Source: Enoplolaimus lenunculus (Eukaryota). Taken from it: a DNA stretch of 64,000 nt. The DNA lies in assembly GCA_030248215.1 (NCBI GenBank), contig JASANG010001013.1:1-64000 (forward strand), read 5' to 3'. This document shows positions 41,318 to 53,799 of the stretch, piece by piece. Each line of letters starts with the position of its first letter. Position 1 is the stretch's first letter. Made by a program: the position numbers and the translations under genes. Under the pieces are notes generated by a model. The model was not told where the DNA came from, made no database searches, and saw only the letters and a program-made list of their open reading frames with translations.

Positions 41318-41624
41318 TATGGCATTTCATGCTTAGAACAGGCGTTAAACAAAATCGTACAACGGTTATTTGTTAGGAATGGCATGTTCTCTACAGGGCC
41401 AAGCTTAGAGATGCGAAATAATTTTTCGCAAAATTGCACGTCTTACAAGTATTTTCTTTTAAAAACGGATCACCGTAAGTATAAATAGTGAAATTTTTGT
41501 ATTTTTGTAAAATTTTATTCAAATGCGACAAAAAATCCAATCTGCAATAATTGAAAGTGAAATAAAAATCAAAAATATTACAAATTAATTTTGAAAGCCA
41601 ATCAAAATCAACTATGAAAACTTG

Positions 41625-42224
41625 CGTTCATGTAAAGATCAGGGGCGGAGAGGTTTTCTGTGGGACTAGAAAAGAATCAGCTTAAGCTTTAGACTAATTT
41701 TTTTTTGCTTGCCTTAGGCTTAGGCTTAGGCTTAGGCTTAGAAATATGCTCATTCTTACGCTGAGGCTTAGTAGGTTTAGGCCTTAATCTTAAGAATATG
41801 CTCATTTTTAGGCTCAGGCTTTGCGTTCATGTAAAGATCAGGGGCGGAGAGGTTTTCTGTGGGACTAGAAAAGAATCAGCTTAAGCTTTAGACTAATTTT
41901 TTTTTGCTTGCCTTAGGCTTAGGCTTAGGCTTAGGCTTAGAAATATGCTCATTCTTACGCTGAGGCTTAGTAGGTTTAGGCCTTAATCTTAAGAATATGC
42001 TCATTTTTAGGCTCAGGCTTTGGTTTAGACTTAGGAATATGCTCATTCTGACGCTGAAGCTTAGGCTTAGGTTTAGGCTTAATCTTAAGAATATGCTCAT
42101 TTTTAGGCTGAGGCTTAGGCTTAGGCTTAGAAATATGCTCATTCTTACGCTGCGGCTTTAGGCTTAGGTTTAGGCTTAGGAATATGCTTATAATATTGCT
42201 CCGCCCCTGTCCTTTAATTTGGCC
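41625..42224 (+). mobile_element. TTAGGC-carrying MITE with 199-bp tandem duplication
   Basis: TSD AAA(A/G)CTTG; 41622-41820 is repeated at 41821-42019. Confidence 0.8.
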
Positions 42225-42999
42225 AAAGCTTGAATGACCCGCGTCGGCCAGTAGTTGAATAGAAGAAATCGTGTCTAAAAACACTTTTCGCGTTTGTCAA
42301 AAAACCTGTACCGGTAAGCATTTACAACTTTCTGATACAATCAGTTCCACATTAATACAAGTCAGCAATTGCACAAAATTCTTCCAAAAATATAAATTTA
42401 TTAAATATTTCTGGTGACCATGTTCAGCAGCAACAAAAACAAACACAACCCCCAAGATGTTCCAAATCACCCCTGCCGCAAAACCAGAAGTGGGTTCGGG
42501 GGGCTCCCCGCCTTCGTCAAAAAAGTTTTGCCCCCTGGAAAAGTTTCAAGCCAGCTTGTAAGTCATATGAAATAATTGTATGCTGTCCTGAACCTTTGCG
42601 CCCCTGGCATACCGAGCTGGCTATGAACCTGATCCACCAGCACTGCGTTGCAACACTTAAATGCCCAAAAATGTAACTCTGCTGACAGTTTGGCCACCTG
42701 TTCAAGACCCTTTTCTGTGTTTGGAAGTCGTAAAACTATTTTGTATTAATTTTGATATGAGCCAGAACACAAAAGTACCTGGCTTTGATTGGAGAACCAG
42801 AAAATTGCAAACAAAAACGCTTTATGCTGCATGTCAAACTGCAAACATTGTTTTTACAGCTTTTTAATGTAAGCTGAACAAGCATTAAACACAGTTGAAA
42901 GGGTCTGTGAAGGCCTATTACCTTCAGCTCCAAATATGGTTTAAAACAAAAAATTTTGTATTAAGATTTACTCTACTAAAACTGTATTTGGAAGCTTAA

Positions 43000-43262
43000 T
43001 CCTTTCTCACTTGAATATTTTCTATTTCCCCTGAGACCTACTTTTATGCTAGGATTCGAACTCCAGTGACTGGAGTGGGAGGCGTATACCATCACCACTC
43101 ATCTATAGGAGCTTGACGCTCGAGCCCGAGGGGGCTCTCACGTCTTGTGGTGATTTAGTACTATGTATACGTTTTGCAATTGTTAAACACGGTGCGATAT
43201 ATACTATTTAACGTATATACACTGCACTGAGTTGCCTACAGGCAACTCAATGTGAGAAGGGG
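43000..43262 (-). mobile_element. piggyBac-like 263-bp MITE with tRNA-like insert
   Basis: Reverse-orientation copy flanked by TTAA (42996-42999, 43263-43266). More diverged copies at about 22097-22330 and 47879-48075. Confidence 0.8.
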
Positions 43263-44127
43263 TTAAACTTCTCGCCCTCTTCGCTCGCAAGATTTTTCCA
43301 GTAACCAAGTCCCACGGCCCTGCAATTAGAAACTTCCCAACTCACCGCTGTGTACAAACCGACTTTGTTTGACGAACAAGCCATATCAATTTTTATTCTC
43401 TATGACAACATCAGTGGCATTGCTTGTTTCGAGACAGTATAACCTCATAAAATCTTTTTTTCTGCCGAGCATAACGGAAAATTTCTTCAAATGTTTGGGA
43501 TCCCGGCCAATGTGAACAACATGTCTGGAACAGTAGTTTAAGCATATTCCTAAGCCTTAGCCTGAAGCCCAAGCCTAAGCCTTAGCCTAAACCTTAGCGT
43601 CAGAATGAGCGCATGCCTAAGCCTAAGCAAAAAAGTTACTTAAAAGCTTAATATCTTAATCTAATTCTACGCTTTTTAATCGTCTCTGAAGGTGCCTAGT
43701 GAAAAATGAAAGAACCATATATATTTACATATTATATATAAGATATATATGTATGTACAGCTAATATGAGGCATATTGTGGTCTCTTTTCTCGAACTAAA
43801 AACGGATTAAGTTTGAATTCATATGCCTCGAGGCAACAGAACGTAGACATATTATTGTGAAGCAATAAATGGACAAATATCCAGAAGCAGTATCCTCAAA
43901 TGTGTGTAGCACCTATCAACAGTTAAATAATAGGTTTCGTATAACTGTGGCACCGAAACCAGAGAAAATATAAATGATTTGTAAATTAAAGCATGCGTAT
44001 AGCCAAATTGTACCCAGTCGTATTGAAAACTTATTAAGGTCCACTGATCCGTCCAGTAGTGCGACTGTTGGAAATCGCTACCGTTAAACTAGCGATTGGT
44101 GATATAGTCACTTCAAATGTTCTGTTA

Positions 44128-44403
44128 AGCCCTATTCACACGTTCAAGTTTTTGCAGCGATAACTCACATCTGCCACTTGCAGTTGCAAGTTTTGTCCAA
44201 AATCCCATTCGAAAAACTTGCAACTGCAAATCATTCATTAAAAATCATAGCTAGGAATTTAGTTCACATGTGTGAATAACCGTGCAAGTTCAATAAATTT
44301 ATTGCTGCCGCTTTCTCATTGGCTGATGAAAAAATTGCAAGTTTTGTGTGCAATTTTCAGCAGCAAGTTCTCGCAGCAAAAACGTGCACGTGTGAATAGG
44401 GCT
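44128..44403. mobile_element. PIF/Harbinger-like MITE
   Basis: Full copy of the AGCCCTATTCACAC family flanked by TTA/TAA. Confidence 0.75.
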
Positions 44404-45004
44404 TAAGAATATTAAAAGTCAAATATTGCACAGTCGATTTAATTTAAATCTTTGTTTAAATATTGGACGAAATAGCAATTTTAACGGGGTTTTTTAATCA
44501 AATTTGTCGAGAACGAATATGATTGGCTGGTGAAAATTATATGCCACGGCGTGTATAGCACATGAAAAATTAATTATGTGACCCTCAAAATCAGCAGTGA
44601 CCCCAGACGCGATGTTCTAAAAATTATTTTTCTTATACTGTGATGTTTTTAGTTCCCAATCACCGTTCTACAATTTGGCCAATGTATACAACAGTGCCGC
44701 AACAGTAGTATTTGCGTATTCCTTAAAACCTAAGCCTAACTTTAAGCGTAAGCCAAAGCGTAAGCGTGAGCTTATACATAACCTTAAACAAAAATAGTTG
44801 TAGTGTAAAGCTTAAACTTGTTCTATTGCAATCCCACAGGAATCCGTTCCGCTCTTGATCTTTTACAGGCGTTTTTCCGGCTGTTGCAGTTTTCACATTT
44901 AAAGTTAAGGCCTTTAGGCAAAAGTATTGGCCTAGGAACAGACCTGGGTAACATAAGCGTGGAAAAATGACGCAAGCGTCCATATTCCAAATTGTTCCAA
45001 AATT

Positions 45005-48000
45005 TCAAAAGAATCGATCCACATGATTCGCAAACACGATCGTCCCCTGCTGTTCAACACTCCTGCACCCTCCGTCTTGCAACTCACACGTTCCAGGATA
45101 CCCCCTGTTCGAACAAATCACACTCGACGCTGACCTGCCTGTCCTATTCGTTAACCCCCCTAAATCAACACTATCTAAACTCGCTAGTTCTTGAGCCATA
45201 CCCCTTGCGCCTGAAATTCCATCGATTGTAATTCTGCTTCCAACTGCAGATGCGACCCCACCAACCTGCGAAGACCTTGAATCAATCCACCGAAACGTCT
45301 GCCAATCTTGTGGAGCAAATGGTTGAGGCAGTAGATGGCGTAAGTGAGCAGGGATCGGGCGGCCTGAGAATAAATATTCAAGCAGAGTTTGATCCAGCCT
45401 GCTCCGAGAGTCCAAGCTGACTCCGAGTTGCTCGAGGTCCGCCGCTGACCAGCCGTAGCGGCGTTGCATCGACGAAACCAGCCGGAAAACTTCGCCGATG
45501 TGAACAACTTTTCCGCCGATTGTGGCAAACGTTTCACGAGCTCGTGTTAAATTTCGACCAAAATAATGGATTTTACGAATGTACTGTGAACCAACTAAAT
45601 CTATACACATTGTTGTTACTATTAACCCGGTCACGATATAAGCAAGCGTGACGAATAAGTAAGGACGGTGTTCAGGAATGATATCACCGAAACCTAAAAC
45701 AAATCAGAGAAATGATGTCACCGAAACCTAAAATAAATCAGGGAAATGTCGTCACCGAAACCTGATATAAATCAGGAAAATGATGTCACCGAAACTTAAA
45801 CAAATCAGAGAAATGATGTCACCGAAACCTAAAATAAATCAGGGAAATGATGTCACCGAAACCTAAAACAAATCAGAGAAATGATGTCACCGAAACCTAA
45901 AATAAATCAGAGAAATGATGTCACCGAAACCTAAAATAAATCAGAGAAATGATGTCACCGAAACCTAAAATAAATCAGAGAAATGATATCACCGAAACCT
46001 AAAACAAATCAGAGAAATGATGTCACCGAAACCTAAAATAAATCAGGGAAATGTCGTCACCGAAACCTGATATAAATCAGGAAAATGATGTCACCGAAAC
46101 CTAAAATTAATCAGAGAAATGATGTCACCGAAACCTGATGTAAATCAAGGAAATGCTGTCACAGAAATCTGATGGAAAATCAGGGAATCACCGAAACCAA
46201 TTCAGGGAGCCAATCTGTATTGCCAGTTGCGGATCCAGAAATTTCTAAAAATTGAACCGCGAAAAATATAATAGTGGAAAAAAACCAGCGAGCAAAGCGA
46301 GCAAGAAGCTAAACGCCATTTCAGTGTTAAACCATTAAATTATGGATGTTATGCTGCTGCGTACATAAAGTGTCATGGTTCGCACCGGTTGTACCCCTCT
46401 CTAAATAAAGGGGGGAAGCGCAAAAACGCAACGCGTGCCGGGTATATTCTTTTCTACGCAGAATGTGCCCAGTTACACACTCTTGTTAAGTAGCGATTAT
46501 CAACTCTTGCTTAAACCAACTCACCAATAGTTGTAACAGTAATAAAGCAGTAATAGAACGAATCAAAGAAAGACCAATTTTCCCATGCGCGTAATGCCAA
46601 TGCACCCAACGCAGTGTATGCCAACCAAATCAGGAGCACAAATAACACAGGGATCTAAAAAGTAGACTAAACCGTAATTATTGTTTATTTTCAAATTTTA
46701 ATTTTCGGTACTTTACTTTGAAGTGAAATGGTTCGGGCTCGCAGCCAAATGAGAGTCAAGAATCAGCCGGTTTTTTGAAAATTTTTTATGTCAAAATGGT
46801 AAGGCAGCAACCTTGAATACAAATTGCTAAAATATCATTTGACTTCTCATTTGTTTCGCTGACGAGGTCTTTTAACAACCGTTGTATCATGCGCCCTGTC
46901 TGTGGAACAGCTGCTACGCTCTTGAATATATCAAACATTTACCGTTGGTTCGTTGAAATCTTCCAAAAATTCTAAACCGTCCAAAAAATCATCCGGTCTT
47001 TCTGGATCCACGCCTGGGTTGTTAGATACAGGGCCAAGGGTTTCTGACACTCGTTGAGCAGATGAGCCATGAGATCGGTTCGCACGTTCGGTCGACTGTC
47101 TTCGGTTCTTGAACAACGCCAAATGCCTGCAAGTAATTGTAATCAGTTTTCGGGTTCAACTCAAATTCGTGTTCAACTTAAATCCGTGTTCAACTCAAAT
47201 ACGTGTTCAACTCAAATCCGTGTTCAACTCAAATCCGTGTTCAACTCAAATCCGTGTTCAACTCAAATCCGTGTTCAACTCAAATCCGTGTTCAACTCAA
47301 ATCCGTGTTCAACTCAAATCCGTGTTCAACTCAAATCCGTGTTCAACTCAAATCCGTGTTCAACTCAAATCCGTGTTCAACTCAACTTCGTTTTCAACTG
47401 AAATCAGGTGTTCAACTCAAATCCCTGTTCAACTCCGATCCGTGTTCAACTCAAATTCGTGTTCAACTCAAATTCGTGTTCAACTCAAATCCGTGTTCAA
47501 CTAAAATCCGTGTTCAATTCAAATGCGTTTGAAAGTTGTTCATCTTCATCAAAGTCAACTATTAACTGTCATTCCACTCCTGATTTACCTTGAAAACGTT
47601 TCAGTAAAACATTGAAAACACTTTGACAGATGTTCATACGACGACAGAACGTATTCGGACATAAATTTGCCTAAATCTGCAACGGTCACTAAGATTAAAG
47701 GGATGCCGGCCATTCCAAAGAATATGCAAATGATTCGACCAGCGAATGTTGCAGGCACTAAATGACCGTAACCTGAAACATATCATGGATGTAGGCAGAA
47801 TTTCGATTTTCACATCATTTTTCAGTAAGAAATATAGTCAATTTCATTCAGATTGCATTTAATTATCAAGCAAATTAACCTAAACTATTTCTCATATGAA
47901 TATTTTCTATTTCATCTGAAACATATACTTTCAGTCTAAGATTGAAATTCACGTCTTTTGAAATGATGACTTTTCCATCATCACTCAAATGTAGGAGCTT

Positions 48001-51000
48001 GACGCACGATCCCGAGGATTTTCTCATTTCTTGTGCAACTGTTACTCATTATCTACTCTATGCGAGAAACAGTTACTCAACTTTTAGGTATTGGTGTATG
48101 GCCAGCTAGAGTTCTATTTTGGCTCTGCCCCTGAAATAATCATGATATTAGAAATAAGCCCTGGTTTATCAAACTAAACTAGAGAATTCGTCTGACTGAC
48201 GTTGCCGCACCTTTATATCTGACGACAACGGGCATCTGTGGCGATTTTTCAACGTAGTACCATACTACGACAAAACCAAAAAGCGTCACCCCCACTCTGG
48301 GTACATCTTTCCCTGTCCCTGGCCCAAGATTTTAGGCAAACAGTTCTATGATAGGAAAATTTAGTCTTGCCCATTTTAGAAATGTCGCCTGTTTTTTACT
48401 AGTAATTCCTGGTTTCGCACCTGCCGCATTCCATCTAAATCTTACTCCCTATTCACACGTGCACGATTTTGCTGCGAGAACTTGCAGCTGCAACTTGCAC
48501 TTGCAAGTTTTGTCCAAAATCCCGTTCGAAAAACTTGCAACTGCAAATAATTCATTAAAAATCACAGCTAGGAACTTTAGTTTTACATGTGTAATAATCA
48601 TGAAGTTCGCTGAATTAATTGCAGCCCCTTTCTCATTGGCTGATAACAAAATGCACGTTCTGCGTGTAATTTGCAGCTGCAACTTCTCGCTGCAAAAACT
48701 TGCACGTGTGAATAAGGTTTAACTTGCATTTTTTTATCAGCCACTGAGATAGCGGCTGCAATACATTCAGTGACCTTGTATGGTTATTCACACACGTGAA
48801 CATAATTCCTAGCTATAATTGTTAATGAATTATTTGCAGCTGCAAGTTTTTTGAACGGAAATTTTGGACAAAACTTGCAAGTGCAAGTTGCAACTGCAAG
48901 TCCTACCCGTAAAAACTTGCACGTGTGTATAGCGCTTTACCAATAGTCGTAATCACTGTAGTTGAAAAAAATACAGCAGTTCCAAACGTCCACGCCGAAT
49001 CAATATTGTGCGTATTATTTTGTGTTAAATTGAACACATTTTCGGTCAAACTTAAATTGGAAACACTCGCAGTTAAATCTTCAGCGGTCATTAAATGTTT
49101 CGAGTACGACTCATAGAGCACATGAGCATATTCTGAAAGCATCAATTCAAACTTGTCTTCAACGGAAGATTTTGTAGAAATTTCTTGGTGGTCTTCAGAG
49201 CTGGCGGGGCGTAAGTTATGGCATTCGCTTTGCACCAGTTGCAATAAGTATTGCAATATTTCGGCACGTTTTGAAGTAATATGACGTAGTCCAGTTAATT
49301 TACGTTCTACCTGAAATTAAACTAATTATACCCTTTTGTGTTTAAATATGTTTTATCTCAGTTCATGGCCCATATTCTCAAATGTGTATTGCACCTATCA
49401 TTAGTTAGCGATAGGTTTTCAAACTGACGAAAATCTGTAATTTACAGATCTCAAAATTGGTACAGAAGTAGGGCAAATGAAATGCAAACAATATGCTGTA
49501 TTTCGAACTTCAAAACGCGTTAGTGATAGATTTCGAGCTACTCGATTGGCTGGTTCGAAATTTTATTTGACCAATCATCAACTGGTAATAAGTGCTACAC
49601 ACATTTGAGAATACGGGCTCTAATTTCAACCTAGAATTTGAACAAGAGACTCCTGATCAAGGGTCGTTGTCACCATTCGACTGCAAAAGCTTAAACGGCA
49701 AGACGATACCAACACAGTGGACTCAAGTCCCTGGTCCTCATGGCGGATCCACAATTTACTAAAGGGTAATTGGCGAGATAAAGTAAAAAAACTCGCGAGC
49801 GTAACAAACTCAAAGACGAACGTTATTTTAGTGCTAAACCTTAATCCCAAATATTGATTTTGTTGTTGGAAGGGATATTTGATGTCCAAATGCTTTTAGG
49901 AATACATGGACTAGGTCCATTGTTTGTGTTTCAACTTACTTCGTACGGATGTTCGATATAATAAAATATAACGCCACCAAGGACTGCGTATAACAGTGAC
50001 ATGGCGACAAGTCCCAAATGTGGCAGTACAACTTTTGCTTTCTGAAACAAAAACTCGATGTTGTATCACTCGTGGCGGATCCATCAGATTCGATGGATTA
50101 GGATACGTTTGTTAAAGGATATTTTTTGTTGAGAAATTTTGACAATTTTCAAAAATATGGGTAACGTATATCACCAGTTTTGATAACTTGCTTTGGATTC
50201 TTCGAATCAGTGAGAATCCACATTTAACAAAGTTGATATGCCTTGCTTCTCTGCAAATTTTCACTCTGATGAATACCAATTGCGAGTGTTCTTCAGGTTG
50301 AAACCTTAACTGATGATAGGTGCTATACGCATTTGAGAATATGATCAAAATGTTATATATGTATATATAAATGCATACACATAAATATATGTATATATAA
50401 GGTAAGCTTACTTGTTTGACAATTTCGAACCGCGAGATATTTGGTTGACTTATGTCGCTACGATCACAATTATGTTTAATTTGTGAACAAAGATCTAACG
50501 CAGCGGATGAGGGATTACTGCTATTTTGGTTTTCAAAATTTGATAGACGACTAACTTTACCGTCAGAACGCATATTTCAATTCGAATAATGACGTCATAC
50601 AATATTAGTCCAGTATTTTGAGTAATTTTAAAACAACGGAAAAACGAAAAAAGTTCGGATTATAATGCATCAAACGGTTGTTGATGGCCAAAAACGCAAC
50701 GAGTCCTAAAGCATTTTGTACCCTTGGAACTAAGGTTATGACCCATGTATAAAACAGGGCCGGAACAATAGTATAAGCATATTCCTAAGCACATGCGAAA
50801 GGATGAGCGTATTTCTAAGGTTTAGCCTAAACCTAAACCAAAGCACACAAGTAAGTCTAAAGCTTAAGCTGACTCTATTACAGCCCTGTAGGAAAACGAT
50901 CCGGCCCTGTTCTATACATGGGCCAAGGTTATAATTGGAAATTAAACGTAAGCCTTCGTTCTGTAACCAATGCACAGACCATATCTTATTTCGTCATTTT

Positions 51001-53233
51001 TTATTAATATTGTAAATATTCAAATTGAATTATGATGCGAACTCTGTCACTCCATTTCAAATTTAAACTCAAGTTATTTTCAATCGATAGTCTCAGGTGT
51101 TGACCCTCAAGTCTTATTCCTGACTCGTTAACCATTTACTTCTATGCGAGCTTATGTTTTTAAACATTCAAATTTAAATATAATATATTTCAACTTAAAT
51201 TTTGTACGATTAGTGGATAAAATCTAAAATTTACTTCCTTGTTGACTAAGCTTTGGTTCAAATTTGAAATGTTACAGATTGGCAGACAAGACGTATGAAA
51301 AACAACTTCACACCTTTACATCATTGGCGCTAGTACATCATTTTATTGAATTATTATAAACCTGGTCATATAAATATATATACATATATATTAATATATA
51401 TGTATATATATATATATATATATCTGAAGTGTACGGTCATTCCACAGGAAAAAGCTAAGTTTGAGTTAAAATTGAATTATAAAACTTGAAAAAACGTTCG
51501 GAAATCTTGTGGATTTGAGTAAAACTTTGTTCCTTCTCAAAATCTTTGTCTGAGATTATGGGTTATATCGCATTTTTTGCTTTTGATGCTGTTGAAAGGC
51601 CTGTGTTAGTTTTAGTTTCGTACCTTTTCCAACGGAATTATAGAGTAGGGTGTTAGGTTTTAGACTAATTTTTTCCTTAGGCTTAGGCTTAAACATAGTT
51701 AATAGTCGTGCATCCTGATATGAACATTTCAAGAGAAGGCAAGAAACTTGTATGTATACGTATTATTTTTAATGTTAGAATGAAATATTGACCTGGAGGG
51801 GTGATTTGTCTGGGGAGTTGTTTCCACCCTCACTCCCTTAGACGAAACTCTATTAAAGTAATCTTTGCCTGTAAACTATATTTATTGCTTATACCTAGGC
51901 TTAGAATTAGACTTCTTCATAGGTTTAGGTTAAAGGTTCAGGTATATGTGTGTATGCTACTGCTGTGCCTTTAATTAATAGGTAGGGCAGCGTTATACTT
52001 TTAATGACATCCGGCGCTGTTCGTTACAGATCCGGTGCATGTTTATTACCGCCCGGCACTTTAAACAACACACGTGTATTGTCGCATGGCACACAATATT
52101 CATTGATAAACAAACGTTTTTTGACGTGCGGCGCCCTCCATCGAAGGACCGACAAGTATAACGCCACCCTAAGTTTGGCCATTTATCCCACCACAGCAAG
52201 AAACCAATGATTCAGTACCTCTTTCCAGCGCAAGATTCGACTCAGCCGTTTTTGGCGACTTCCTTCTCGGTAACACACAGGGCGGTCGCTGTTTTGGTCA
52301 TCGCTGATTGCATCTAAAACATCAAATCTAAACCATTTTCTTAAATTAAGCTAAAACGCAAATGTTCTAAGAAAATATTGTAAGCGAAGTTTAATTGATG
52401 GAAAACTGCGTAAAAATACGTATGTGGGACGTTCCAGCTTTAGATTTAAAATCAATAATAAACAATGAAACTTTCATTTGAATTGGTGGTGCAACTGAAA
52501 CGCAATTCAATAAAGTGTATCGGTCTAAGCATTAAACCACAATTTGAACCCAATCAAACTTACCATCAAAGAATACAGGCGGTTGAGTCGCACTATAGGC
52601 TCTACGTGCACTAGCAGTTGTCGGTTTAAACGCCGAAGTGGCATAAACCGGATGTGGGACCGCAGAAGAACTTTGGTTCCTGAACCGGACCACGCCATAC
52701 GTCGCACGGCGGCCAGTAACAAAATACGGCCGACGCGTGAACCCAGCCGTAGAATTTCGGTCCTTTTGATGGATGAGTAACGGCCTTTCGAATTGGGCCC
52801 CTGGCCTTTGTGAAGGAAACGCAAGTGTATCTGGATCGTTTGGTTTTTGTGATGTCGGAACTGGCGGAGGGATTGGCATTAAATTTGAACGGCAGTTGAA
52901 ATTTTCGGAGCTCGGCGGTTTAAATTGAGCACAATTTTGAATTAAATGAACCCGGGATGGGGGAATGCTTGGAGCATTAAGGGTCAAGGGAAGTTTCAGG
53001 TGGTGGGCGGTAGAATGGTTTGCGGAGGACTTGGTCATATCATTTGCAGAGGTCGAGAAAGAGACCTTTGAATAATGGCCGAGATAGGAAACTTTTTTGA
53101 CCGGGTTGTTCTGGTTTTTAAACGCCAAGCCTTGGTCTCCAGGGCTCGGCGGTTGCTGGTTGGACAGTGACAGGCTTGATTTTGAATGGACCAAGCATGT
53201 GCTTTTTGCAACGGCATCTTGTAACGTTTCCAT
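45005..53233 (-). CDS. Two-pore-domain (K2P/TWK) potassium channel, TWK-7-like, about 807 aa, 8 exons
   Basis: Exons 53233-52564, 52313-52219, 50041-49940, 49310-48941, 47772-47589, 47126-46943, 46654-46525 and 45693-45005; GT-AG and in phase (2424 nt). M1 [22 protein letters not shown]1 [26 protein letters not shown]2 [16 protein letters not shown]2 [24 protein letters not shown], and [19 protein letters not shown], recalled as typical of the nematode TWK-7 group. The first two exons and the start codon are less certain. Confidence 0.9.
45677..46198. repeat. 34-bp minisatellite derived from the intron/last-exon boundary of the K2P gene
   Basis: About 15 copies of ATGATGTCACCGAAACCTAAAATAAATCAGAGAA; the first copy overlaps the acceptor and GFGDI codons (exon starts at 45693). 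Confidence 0.95.
47155..47525. repeat. 17-bp minisatellite (GTGTTCAACTCAAATCC) filling most of a K2P intron
   Basis: About 21 tandem units, period 17. Confidence 0.95.
48447..48936. mobile_element. Two inverted copies of the PIF/Harbinger-like MITE in a K2P intron
   Basis: Forward copy 48447-48720 followed by a partial reverse copy ending at 48936, next to the exon donor. Confidence 0.7.
49367..49619. mobile_element. MITE family with GGCCCRTATTCTCAAATGTGT TIR
   Basis: Inverted ends GGCCCATATTCTCAAATGTGT / ACACATTTGAGAATACGGGC; another copy at about 38292-38511 and many fragments. No clear TSD. Confidence 0.6.
50740..50924 (-). mobile_element. TTAGGC-family MITE in K2P intron
   Basis: Family TIRs; perfect TSD AAGGTTAT. 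Confidence 0.8.
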
Positions 53234-53590
53234 CGAGTTGTACCATTTGGTTTGATTGGCAAGAGATAAAACGTCATTTGAACTGAAATTGAGAATTTAA
53301 AAATTGAAACAAAAATTAAAATAAATTTTGAAATGATCATCCCACTAGTCTTATGTAATTTTGAGACAAGTGTCATATATTAAAAAATTATTCGCTAAAT
53401 CTGGTTTAAAATTAATTTAAATACAGTGACTTGGAAGCAGACACGTCCTAAAGCCGAACTGTGAGTTAAAAATTGATATATTTAAGTCAAGAAAGAAACT
53501 TAACTTTTCGGATCGAAATTTTTGATAAATTGACAGACTCTGGATGTGTTACTGCAAGTAGCTCAAGCGAAAATCTGTGTCCATTTTTGT

Positions 53591-53799
53591 GGCCCATGTA
53601 AAGATCAGGGGCGGAACGTTCTTCTGCCGAAGTAGAATAGAGTAAGCTTAAGCTTTAAATTAATATTTTTTGCTTGGCTTAGACATAGGCTTAGGCGTAG
53701 GCTTAGAAATATGGTCAATCTTGCACTTCGGCTCAGGCTTACGCTTAGGCTTAGGAATATGCTTATAATACTGTTCCGCCCCTGTTCTTTACATTGGTC
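53591..53799 (+). mobile_element. TTAGGC-carrying MITE
   Basis: Family TIRs; perfect TSD ATTTTTGT. Confidence 0.85.

Noticed and set aside
50112..50573. Extra K2P exon (good GTAAGC donor at 50411)
   Set aside because: No convincing acceptor. The flanking exons already join in frame ([12 protein letters not shown]). An alternative first exon cannot be excluded.
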